Origin: an uncultured Alistipes sp.
GTDB lineage: Bacteria; Bacteroidota; Bacteroidia; Bacteroidales; Rikenellaceae
Direction: 5' to 3'
Assembly: GCA_900550925.1 (NCBI GenBank)
Contig: URTU01000002.1
Coordinates: forward strand, 8,772-72,771
DNA: 64,000 nucleotides
The translations under genes were made by a program, and so were the position numbers. The notes under the pieces were generated by a model. The model made no database searches. It was given only the letters and a program-made list of their open reading frames with translations, and was not told where the DNA came from. This document shows, piece by piece, positions 31,956-40,828 of the stretch; position 1 is the stretch's first letter, and each line of letters begins with the position of its first letter.

Positions 31956-32876
31956 TCAAAGTTTCTCGGCAGCCCGCAGCCTCGCACTGCGCGACCGCGG
32001 ATTCCGCTTAACCTCATCCGCATCAGGGACAACCGCCCGACGCGTCACAATATGCCACGGCACCGTTGCACGCCCGAAGAAATCCTTCTCGATTTCACCG
32101 TCGAAGTTCCCGCTGCGCATGAAATTCTTCGTCAGGCGGTCCTCCAGCGAGTGGTACGAAATAACCACCAGCCGGCCTCCCGGTCGCAGCACCTTCAGAC
32201 TCTGCTCGAGAGTCATCTTCAGAGCCTCCATCTCACCGTTCACCTCGATGCGCAGCGCCTGGAACAGTTTGGTCAGGAACTTCGCCTCATCCTTGCGCGG
32301 GGTAGTCGGGGCGACCGCCGCAACCAGTTGCGAAGTGGTTTCGATCCGTGCCTGCTCACGTGCCCGAACGATACAGTTGGCCGCCTTGTAGGGGGTTTCA
32401 ATCTCTCCCCACTGCCCGAAGATCCGGGTCAGCTCCTCGGCCGTAGCCTCATTGACCAGATCGGCAGCGCTGCGACCGCCGCGACGGTTCATCCGCATGT
32501 CGAGCGGAGCATCTCCACGGAACGAAAAACCGCGATCGACACAGTCGAAGTGGTGTGACGAAACCCCGAGGTCGGCCAGAATCCCGTCGACGCGCTCGAC
32601 ACCGCGATAGCGCAGCGCCCCGCGCATGAACCGGAAGTTACTCTCCACCAGGCAGAAACGCTCGTCGTCGATGGCATTGGCCGCAGCATCGGCATCCTGA
32701 TCGAAACCGTAGAGCCTGCCCCGCGGCGACAATGCCGACAAGATACGGCGCGAGTGTCCGCCCCCGCCGAACGTAAGGTCGACATATACGCCGTCCGGAT
32801 TGATCGACAGCAGGTTGACCGACTCTTCGAGCAACACCGGAATATGGTATTTCGCACTTTCGTTCATCGATGGCAT
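31956..32876 (-). CDS. rsmH: 16S rRNA m4C1402 methyltransferase
   Basis: HIPVLL, TFGGGGHS, DLGVSS, PLDMRM, YHSLEDR, NPRSRSA. Confidence 0.97.
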   Translation of the reverse strand: MPSMNESAKYHIPVLLEESVNLLSINPDGVYVDLTFGGGGHSRRILSALSPRGRLYGFDQDADAAANAIDDERFCLVESNFRFMRGALRYRGVERVDGILADLGVSSHHFDCVDRGFSFRGDAPLDMRMNRRGGRSAADLVNEATAEELTRIFGQWGEIETPYKAANCIVRAREQARIETTSQLVAAVAPTTPRKDEAKFLTKLFQALRIEVNGEMEALKMTLEQSLKVLRPGGRLVVISYHSLEDRLTKNFMRSGNFDGEIEKDFFGRATVPWHIVTRRAVVPDADEVKRNPRSRSARLRAAEKL

Positions 32877-32954
32877 ATTTGGGTGTAAAGTTACTCAAAA
32901 AAACGTATATTTCGCCGACTATTTCGTATCTTTGTTCAAATAAACAATTTTTTC

Positions 32955-33758
32955 ATGGAGCCCATCGACATCGACAAGGTTTTGGCCGCCAAAATCCCCA
33001 AAATATATCCATTCATCCCGCACATGCTGGTCGAACGGCTGCGGAAACTGATCCACGAACAGGAGATGAACCACATCATCACGCAGTTCGGCAACCAGCC
33101 GCCAATGGAATTCATTCGCTCCTGCTTCGGATACATGGGAATAAGCTACACGGCTGACAACCTGGACAGTCTGGACCCCGCCGGCCGCTACCTCTTCGCC
33201 TCGAACCACCCATTCGGGGGCATGGACGGAATGATGCTGGCCGAGGCCATCGGAACCCGTATGGGAGATGTCCGCGTAATAATAAACGACCTGCTGATGC
33301 ACGTCTCGCCGCTCAAGCCCATCTGGCTCCCCGTCAACAAATACGGCCGCCAGAACCATGCCTATGCCGCCACAATGCATGAGGCTTTCGCCGGCAACAT
33401 CCCGATCCTCACGTTCCCGGCCGGACTCTGCTCGCGCCGCACCAAAGGCGTGGTCGAGGATACCCCGTGGCGGCAGAATTTCGTCAAACAGGCCCTCGCC
33501 GCAAAACGCGACATCGTCCCCGTCTTCGTCGAAGGCACGCTGTCTAACCGCTTCTACCGCGCCGCAAACATCCGCAAGCGACTCGGCATAAAGTTCAATT
33601 TCGAACTGGTTCTGCTCGTCGACGAGATGTTCCGCCAGAAGGGAAAACACTTCACCCTGCACTTCGGCCAACCCGTCAAATGGCAATATCTCTCCGGGCT
33701 CGGATCCCCGCGGCAACAGTCAGAATACATACGCTCGCTGGTCTACGCAATGAAATAA
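32955..33758 (+). CDS. PlsC-type acyltransferase (GlsA-like)
   Basis: NHPFGGMDG (HxxxxD), FPAG; TATCTTTG promoter at 32927-32934; paired with a GNAT gene. Confidence 0.8.
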   Translation: MEPIDIDKVLAAKIPKIYPFIPHMLVERLRKLIHEQEMNHIITQFGNQPPMEFIRSCFGYMGISYTADNLDSLDPAGRYLFASNHPFGGMDGMMLAEAIGTRMGDVRVIINDLLMHVSPLKPIWLPVNKYGRQNHAYAATMHEAFAGNIPILTFPAGLCSRRTKGVVEDTPWRQNFVKQALAAKRDIVPVFVEGTLSNRFYRAANIRKRLGIKFNFELVLLVDEMFRQKGKHFTLHFGQPVKWQYLSGLGSPRQQSEYIRSLVYAMK

Positions 33759-33815
33759 AAGAGGGTTTGTTAAAGATATTTAAAATAATTCGTATCTTTG
33801 TCTTCAAATCGACCA

Positions 33816-34730
33816 ATGACAATGTCATACAATACCCCGATAATAGCTCCGGTACCGCGCGAAGAACTCGAACGGGAACTCACCCCCGACAAAAAAATAC
33901 GCGACACGAACAAGGCCGGCAACGAAATATATATCGTAACGGCAGCCGACTCTCCGGCCACGATGCGCGAAATAGGCCGCGTCCGCGAGGTATCGTTCCG
34001 CGATGCCGGCGGCGGCACCGGTCTGGATTGCGATATCGATGCCGAAGACACTGCCGAAAACGGATACCGGCAACTGATTGTCTGGGACCCCAACGCAAAG
34101 GAGATTATCGGCGGATACCGGTTCATCGTGTGCCACTCGTCATACCCCGAACACCTCTCGACCGAACACTATTTCCGTTTCTCGGACAAATTCCGCCGCG
34201 AATTCCTTCCGTACACCATCGAACTCGGACGGTCGTTCATACAGCCCAAATACCAGTCCCGCGGGAACAACAAAAGCATCTATGCTCTCGACAACCTCTG
34301 GGACGGCCTCGGCGCACTAATCAACAACCATCCCGAAGCCCGGTACTTCTTCGGCAAGGTGACCATGTACACCGACTACCACAAGGAGGCCCGCAACATG
34401 CTGATCTACTTCATGCACCGCTACTTCCCGGATCGCGACCGCCTCATGGAGGGAATCAACCCCGTCGAGTTGAACATCGACCGCGAATATTTCGATTCGA
34501 TCTTCAACGGCGAAAGCTACGACGCCAACTATCGCATCTTGATCCAGAAGGTCCGCGAACGCAATGAAAACATTCCGCCGCTGATCAACTCATATATCAG
34601 TCTCTCACCGTCGATGCGTGTTTTCCCGACGGTCTACAATCCCGACTTCGGGAATGTCGAGGAGACCGGCATTCTAGTCACGATAGCCGACATATATCCG
34701 CACAAAAGCCAGCGGCACACTCAGTATTGA
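33816..34730 (+). CDS. GNAT N-acyltransferase (OlsB/GlsB-like, 'hemolysin')
   Basis: EIGRVRE.SFR..GGGTG, QLIVWD...IIGGYR, IELGRSF, IPPLINSY; start 33816 or 33822. Confidence 0.8.
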   Translation: MTMSYNTPIIAPVPREELERELTPDKKIRDTNKAGNEIYIVTAADSPATMREIGRVREVSFRDAGGGTGLDCDIDAEDTAENGYRQLIVWDPNAKEIIGGYRFIVCHSSYPEHLSTEHYFRFSDKFRREFLPYTIELGRSFIQPKYQSRGNNKSIYALDNLWDGLGALINNHPEARYFFGKVTMYTDYHKEARNMLIYFMHRYFPDRDRLMEGINPVELNIDREYFDSIFNGESYDANYRILIQKVRERNENIPPLINSYISLSPSMRVFPTVYNPDFGNVEETGILVTIADIYPHKSQRHTQY

Positions 34731-34782
34731 GAGCCTTTCAGGCAGGAAACAGTCCGACATCGAAGATTTTTTGACTGAAATT

Positions 34783-34814
34783 TTTGGCAAAACCGAAGAT
34801 AGTATCTATCTTTG
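34783..34814 (+). promoter_or_regulatory. Bacteroidota -33/-7 promoter for tRNA-Leu
   Basis: TTTG (34783-34786), 20 nt spacer, TATCTTTG (34807-34814). Confidence 0.7.
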
Positions 34815-34872
34815 TGCTCCCGAAGCGAAAGATCGTGATCCACGATGATCCCTATCGCTCGACATACGGCAA

Positions 34873-34961
34873 GCCCAGGTGGTGAAATTGGTAGACACGC
34901 CACTTTGAGGGGGTGGTGAACAATTAGGTTCGTGCAAGTTCGAGTCTTGTCCTGGGCACCA
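34873..34961 (+). tRNA. tRNA-Leu (GAG)
   Basis: Acceptor GCCCAGG/CCTGGGC, D-arm GGTGAAATTGGTAGAC, anticodon arm CCACT-TTGAGGG-GGTGG, long variable arm, TTCGA loop, encoded CCA. Confidence 0.96.
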
Positions 34962-35005
34962 AAACACAGAGAGTCCGTCGAATATTCGACGGACTCTCTG
35001 TGTTT
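34962..35005. terminator. Perfect 44-bp palindrome, probable bidirectional terminator
   Basis: AAACACAGAGAGTCCGTCGAAT|ATTCGACGGACTCTCTGTGTTT. Confidence 0.75.
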
Positions 35006-35102
35006 CATGGCCCATCGGCCGGCAGGACCCCAGGCGCCGCTCCAACTCCTGTTCCTGCAAACACAAGCCCAGACTCAAATAACGGCCGCCATTCACCTCT
35101 GG

Positions 35103-35693
35103 CTACTCCATCAACAGCATCATATCCCAAATGGCATTGTGCTGCTTGTCGCTCAACGGAAGACGGTGGTCTCTCCTGTAATGCTGGCGGGTTGCCTGCA
35201 TCGTATATGCCGACAACTCCAGATGCACATCATGACCCGCATCAAACAGGACATAATAGTAATAAAAAGGCACATATCCCGTTTTGAAACTGGTGTATTC
35301 GATCGGCGCCGATTCAAGCATCTCAAATTGCGACTCTATATGTTTGGGGTTCAGATAGGCCGCAATACGCACCTCCTTATCTCCGGTAGATCCCGAATAC
35401 GACAGATAGCGACGATCGGTCGCCTCATCCTCCTCGGACAGCTCCTGTTGAGTTATCACGATCCATTTGTCCCAGGTCATATATCCGATATAAGCCTTCC
35501 CGGCAACCGCATCCTGCAACCCGCGATCGGCAATAATCCGGCTCAACATGCTACGGTGCTCATCATAATCCATCAGCACCTCGTCCAGCGACGCAACCCG
35601 ATCATTCATATCCGATGTTTCCTGCGCCCTTGTTTTCAAGGAAGCCCCAGAAACGGCCAGAATCAGAATCGCCATCCAAAATAGTCGTCTCAT
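35103..35693 (-). CDS. Secreted hypothetical protein
   Basis: MRRLFWMAILILAVSGASLKTRAQ signal peptide; start placed at 35693. Confidence 0.65.
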   Translation of the reverse strand: MRRLFWMAILILAVSGASLKTRAQETSDMNDRVASLDEVLMDYDEHRSMLSRIIADRGLQDAVAGKAYIGYMTWDKWIVITQQELSEEDEATDRRYLSYSGSTGDKEVRIAAYLNPKHIESQFEMLESAPIEYTSFKTGYVPFYYYYVLFDAGHDVHLELSAYTMQATRQHYRRDHRLPLSDKQHNAIWDMMLLME

Positions 35694-35857
35694 ATTATAA
35701 ACAAGGTTAAAATTATCGCAATTTACACAATCTGACCGCAAAATGCAAATTCAGGCAGCACTCTTTCATGCTTATTTTCAGTTTTTTCGACAGCTGCAGG
35801 CATATTATGACAAAATAGGCTGTGAAGAGACTTGTGTTGCATAAATTCTCCTCACCC

Positions 35858-36532
35858 TTACCTGTAAGCGAATTCTACAAAATCCCTGTCCAGAATATCG
35901 TATCCCGTTATCTTCTCCCGGGCAAGACGCTCCCGCAGCCGTGCGGATATGAAGACTCCAGTATGCCCCTCTACGACTAACATGTCGTAGTCGTCCGTGA
36001 AATCATCCGTCAAAACAACCTCACGTAGTTCAATAAATGCAATAAGATTGTCCCTTTGCTCAGATATATCCCGATACTCCTCATGCGAATTGATATGGAT
36101 AATACTTGATGGCTTATTCCCCATATATACACAAGCGAATATACATTTTGCATAATCAATATATTGGAGCGGTATGCCTGGCAGACGAAAGTGCAGCCAA
36201 TAATAGGGATAAACCTTGTCCCGAACCGTCAGTGTCCCCTTGATATATTGATGCTCCCAAAGCCGGTACTCGCTTAAAATAGTCTTTACGCGTTCGCTGA
36301 AAACAAGCCCGGGATCAGTACTACGATGGGGATTAAGAATATCGGTCAACTTTGCCCCTCGGCGCAATTTGCTTTCATATAGAGTATGTGCTATCTCCTC
36401 CTCACTCAACCAATCCCATGCACCTGGATAATGATTTTTATCATATTTATGCAAACTGTCAATTTGCGGATATACATTCCCTACAACTCTGAGATTATCC
36501 GTAAAATCAATACGATAATAACGACGTTCCAT
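35858..36532 (-). CDS. Cytoplasmic immunity protein, Imm11/DUF1629-like
   Basis: 12 nt after the AHH toxin stop; AKLTDIL, LVFSERVKTIL, IDY.K, FISARLRERL.REKITG; no signal peptide. Confidence 0.72.
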   Translation of the reverse strand: MERRYYRIDFTDNLRVVGNVYPQIDSLHKYDKNHYPGAWDWLSEEEIAHTLYESKLRRGAKLTDILNPHRSTDPGLVFSERVKTILSEYRLWEHQYIKGTLTVRDKVYPYYWLHFRLPGIPLQYIDYAKCIFACVYMGNKPSSIIHINSHEEYRDISEQRDNLIAFIELREVVLTDDFTDDYDMLVVEGHTGVFISARLRERLAREKITGYDILDRDFVEFAYR

Positions 36533-36544
36533 AATTAACGATCT

Positions 36545-39500
36545 TTATTTTTTTATATATTCGAATATTAATTCCCTATACTTTGTTGCAACATCTGTCA
36601 TAAAATCGTACGCTTGTTGCGGAGTAAAATCTGGATTCAGCTTTTCAAACTTCTCAATCTCCGCTTCTATTTTCTTTGTATAACCCCAATGTGGCCCATG
36701 ATTTTCAGGAACTGGTATCCCATTAATACGTCCGTTGAAATCAAACCCTGCGGCTATTGCGGCTTGAACAGATCTATGATTTTTCATTACCGAGATCGGT
36801 ATAATATGATGTGCCACAAGACCTCTTGTGTTTATCCCCAATTTTGTTCGTAAAGAACTCTTTGCATTCTCCGTTTTTTTAACTATTCTTTCATAGTCAA
36901 TAACCCGATCCGCTGTTTGCGCTACATCAACTGCATGATCAACCGCTTTTGCCGCGTCTACGGCTCGATCTGTAGCCCTTAGTACCTGCGTTGCCCCGGC
37001 CGGCACACCAGGGATAAAAGCTGCTGCCAAATCCCATCCCGCATCTACCCAATGCTCTTTGGCCTTCTGGTGATTGCCTTTAATATGCTGATATGTAGCT
37101 GCACCAACATCATAAACAATGCAAGCAACATCCCAAATTACATCCCAAATCTCACCACTAGGATCTGTCCTGATAATCGGATTCCCGCCGCAATAAGAAT
37201 AGGGACTCGTATTGTACATCTTCTCCGCTAAAGGATCGATCGACAGAAAAATCCCGTCCGTGCCCTGGAAACGCGCCCGCGAATCGTAATAATCAACCCC
37301 AAACGCGTCCTGCAACTCCTTGCCTCCGTACAAGTACGGATTGGCCGACGTTACAAGAGATGCATTCGAATGGCGCAATCCATACGGATAATAGTCATTC
37401 TGTTCGAGAATCGTCCCCGTGGCACTCAATACAACGCGGGTACTGCCCAGATGATCGAATATAAAATACCGCTTATCATATCCGGTATTGGTCTTATATA
37501 TCCGCCCGCCTGACGAGGCTACGCTCTCAAGATCAAGAGTCGAACCATTGCAATTGTATTTGAAAGAACCTATGTAAAAATACCCCTCGCCCGAATCATC
37601 TACAGCCGACAGTTTAGTGCCATCAGCCGCATACGTGTAGCGAACCTTAATATCAGTTCCATCCTGAATTACAGCCGGTAAGTTAAGAAAATTATATGAC
37701 AATTCCAACTCCGCGTCTGATGTAATATTACCGTTCCCATCATACGTAAAACCATTGCGCTGATTCCCTGAATAAGTGAAGTTCATATTATGCGGCTGTA
37801 CCGATGTCCCGTATCGCTTAATGGTAAGCAGATTCGTATTCTTGTCGTAAGTCATGTCCTTTTCGACAAATCGATTCGTAAGAAGCCCATCAACATAATG
37901 GTCCGCATCGGTCAACCGCGAAAGATTATCATATTCAAACGTATAGGTATTTGTATCCTGCCCGCTATGACTCCAACTCCACGAGGAGATATTACCAGTA
38001 TAACTCGGCTGAGACCCAAGATAACCGTCATAATACCTCAACATGTCGGAATAGATCGCCGTATTGCCTCTGGTTACATTATGAGACGTCGGCCACCCCT
38101 GTATATTGTAGTCAAATGTCTCGGATATGGTATTGGCCCCACTGTCGTAGCTTTTGCCGATAAGATGCCCCAAATCATCATAACTGTACCAGACCTCGGA
38201 TACCGATGCTTCACTACCATTCAAAACAGTAATTTCAGACAGTAGGCGATTGCGTTCATCATAATTGAAGGTGTGTGCCACACGATCTTCAATACCATCA
38301 TGAGTATAAGATTGTTGCGTCTGCACTACATTTCCTACGAAATCATATTTATGAGACGTAACAAGTGTACCGTTAAACGGATATTTTTCTATCACCTGTA
38401 TCGGCCGGCCGTTATAATCATAATAATAAGACCGGGTCATGAAGGAATCCCCGCCTAATACCGCAATACGCTCATAGGTTACCTGTCCAGTCGTCCTAAT
38501 ATCATAATCATCAACAATACCCTCAACGGCAATAAATGCTGATGCCGTAGTCGGATAAGTATCATATACCGTCTCTTTTAACAAGATACCAGATGTGCTT
38601 TCAAGAATTGACGGATACGGATTAGACTCGAACATGGCCCGCAAAGAAGCGGCAGTTTCAGATGATGCAAGCATGAACTGCCTAACAGGCCTGTTCAGAT
38701 CATCATACTGGATAAACATCCATTCTCCATCTTCGCGCATATTACCATCCTGAACAGCCACGGAACGCCCAGCCGGATCATATATCAAATATTCGACATC
38801 TTTCCCGGGTAAACGTTTCTCGATTTGACGTCCCAAACCATCATAAGTATAGCGATAACAATATCTGGCTGCATTCTCAGAGTCGATGCTCCAGACCGAA
38901 GTCGACAATAACAGATCACTGCCTTCAGGAGATACAACCCAACCCAACCGACCATACATGTCATACACATAATAGGTATCGGCATATTCACCATTTGGCA
39001 TAAGAGCTCTCGTTAGTATCGTTTTGTCACTCTCTATCAATGTAAAGGTAATCACAGCCGCTCCATCCGCATCAATCACCTTACTACGCCGCAATGATGA
39101 TACAGGATAGTAACCCGAAACGTCCAAGGTATTCGATGGAAGTTGTATTTCAATCTTAAATATGGAATCTGCAGCTACATTCGTTCCATACTCATGTTCG
39201 GTATAATGCCCATCGTCCGAACGGAATACCGCTCCAACATCATAAACCGCATCTATTCTGTTGAGAACCGACGGTGCATATATATTTTCATGATATGCAT
39301 GAAGCGCGTCGGAAGGACCAAACATGTCGGCATAATAGGACTGTTGCTCTGACAACGGACTCTCCGCCATCAGACCTGTCGATATCTCTCTGACATACGG
39401 CAAATATGATTTTGCATCAGCACGACGCATCGGATCATAAACAATCGGCTGTACGATATCCCCGCCATTGTATGCTCCACCTATATTGATTATCTGTTGA

Positions 39501-40828
39501 GGGTAGCCCAGGCCATCATAATAAGTAATATCTTCTATTTTAGACAGTCCTCTTTCAGCAGTGTAAACAATCTTATGTATATAATTGCTGTTGTCTGTTG
39601 TAGAAGCCAACTCTTCCACGACACTAACCATACCCCCCATTTGAGCCCGTCGCGAACCAATAACCGCCCAAACAGTATACTCTCCTTCATCAAACAAATC
39701 AAACGTTATAGGATCGCCCATACCGTCAATCGAGACTCCTGTCGACTCTCCATTACGCAGTAATTGATACGTCACCCCATATTGAGACCCCGATAAAGTC
39801 AACCTGCGCAACGAAGAGTTATATACAGGAGTATACTCCACCAGAGTACCACCTCCTGCTTGCGTGCAAATTAGTGTTGAAGATGACGAGGACTGTAAAT
39901 ACGAATTACTTGTCAATATTTCATCGCTGAAATTAGGCTTACAATATATGACCAACTCTCCACCGACATAATCTATCCGAAACTGTTCATTATCCCATGT
40001 AGTTATGGTTCCGTTGTTTAACGCTTCAAGCCCTGCCGCAAGATCTCCCGCCGACACCGAAACAGCCGGCGTAAAGGCAATGGCCTGCTTACCGCCATTG
40101 CCCGTAAAAGAGACAGACGACATGGACAAAGAATGTACAGCGGCAAAAGCCGGTTTATGAGTCAATGTTACCGTACCGTTCATCTGAACATCAAGCGGCG
40201 TAGCAACCATACGATAGGTCCCGGCTGTTACAGGCAATTCAATGGAAATTGCCGAACCTGTACCTGACCTCCAATCTATCATGGCATTGTCGCGATATAG
40301 ATGATACAATGCATATTTATCCGAACCGCTAAGATTGAATGTTACGTTCTGCATCGGATATATCTCTGCATACGGACTCGTTAATCTATACACTGAAGGG
40401 GCGCGAGTTGACTGGACAAAGGAGATACTGTTGTAAGTTGCCACAAATACTATAGTAATTGTATTACCTGTCGTATTTTCTGCCCAGTCTATATTGATCA
40501 TACCCTCCACATTTCCGGAGTAATCCGACAGGTCGACGGACATCAAATGGTGTCGCAGATCAGTCATGTCAAGTTGTTCCGTTATGCTATTCAGGATATT
40601 GGATGCAGGCGTTGGACCATTAACCGTAAAACGAACCGATACCTGTCCGCCGGTAGAAGGCACCTCCACCATTGATTGATCAAACGATGCAACCGGGACA
40701 TTTATAAAAATTTCATTGGGTTCTCCGCCCGACAAAGGCATAATTGTATTCTCCGGCTGTGCAAAGCATCTGTGTCCAAACAATACTGCAACTGCAAAGA
40801 ATATCGGATATATATATTTCAGTTTCAT
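36545..40828 (-). CDS. Secreted DUF6443-like RHS protein with C-terminal AHH nuclease toxin
   Basis: Signal peptide; YYDGLGYPQQII...DIVQPIVYD; YD repeats; DHLGSTR, YYPYG, SPYSYCGGNPIIRTDPSG; AHHIIP...NG...HGPH. Confidence 0.88.
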   Translation of the reverse strand: MKLKYIYPIFFAVAVLFGHRCFAQPENTIMPLSGGEPNEIFINVPVASFDQSMVEVPSTGGQVSVRFTVNGPTPASNILNSITEQLDMTDLRHHLMSVDLSDYSGNVEGMINIDWAENTTGNTITIVFVATYNSISFVQSTRAPSVYRLTSPYAEIYPMQNVTFNLSGSDKYALYHLYRDNAMIDWRSGTGSAISIELPVTAGTYRMVATPLDVQMNGTVTLTHKPAFAAVHSLSMSSVSFTGNGGKQAIAFTPAVSVSAGDLAAGLEALNNGTITTWDNEQFRIDYVGGELVIYCKPNFSDEILTSNSYLQSSSSSTLICTQAGGGTLVEYTPVYNSSLRRLTLSGSQYGVTYQLLRNGESTGVSIDGMGDPITFDLFDEGEYTVWAVIGSRRAQMGGMVSVVEELASTTDNSNYIHKIVYTAERGLSKIEDITYYDGLGYPQQIINIGGAYNGGDIVQPIVYDPMRRADAKSYLPYVREISTGLMAESPLSEQQSYYADMFGPSDALHAYHENIYAPSVLNRIDAVYDVGAVFRSDDGHYTEHEYGTNVAADSIFKIEIQLPSNTLDVSGYYPVSSLRRSKVIDADGAAVITFTLIESDKTILTRALMPNGEYADTYYVYDMYGRLGWVVSPEGSDLLLSTSVWSIDSENAARYCYRYTYDGLGRQIEKRLPGKDVEYLIYDPAGRSVAVQDGNMREDGEWMFIQYDDLNRPVRQFMLASSETAASLRAMFESNPYPSILESTSGILLKETVYDTYPTTASAFIAVEGIVDDYDIRTTGQVTYERIAVLGGDSFMTRSYYYDYNGRPIQVIEKYPFNGTLVTSHKYDFVGNVVQTQQSYTHDGIEDRVAHTFNYDERNRLLSEITVLNGSEASVSEVWYSYDDLGHLIGKSYDSGANTISETFDYNIQGWPTSHNVTRGNTAIYSDMLRYYDGYLGSQPSYTGNISSWSWSHSGQDTNTYTFEYDNLSRLTDADHYVDGLLTNRFVEKDMTYDKNTNLLTIKRYGTSVQPHNMNFTYSGNQRNGFTYDGNGNITSDAELELSYNFLNLPAVIQDGTDIKVRYTYAADGTKLSAVDDSGEGYFYIGSFKYNCNGSTLDLESVASSGGRIYKTNTGYDKRYFIFDHLGSTRVVLSATGTILEQNDYYPYGLRHSNASLVTSANPYLYGGKELQDAFGVDYYDSRARFQGTDGIFLSIDPLAEKMYNTSPYSYCGGNPIIRTDPSGEIWDVIWDVACIVYDVGAATYQHIKGNHQKAKEHWVDAGWDLAAAFIPGVPAGATQVLRATDRAVDAAKAVDHAVDVAQTADRVIDYERIVKKTENAKSSLRTKLGINTRGLVAHHIIPISVMKNHRSVQAAIAAGFDFNGRINGIPVPENHGPHWGYTKKIEAEIEKFEKLNPDFTPQQAYDFMTDVATKYRELIFEYIKK

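Noticed and set aside
34721..35684. ORFs on both strands sharing KHRESVEYSTDSLCF
   Set aside because: Artefact of translating the 44-bp palindrome and the tRNA
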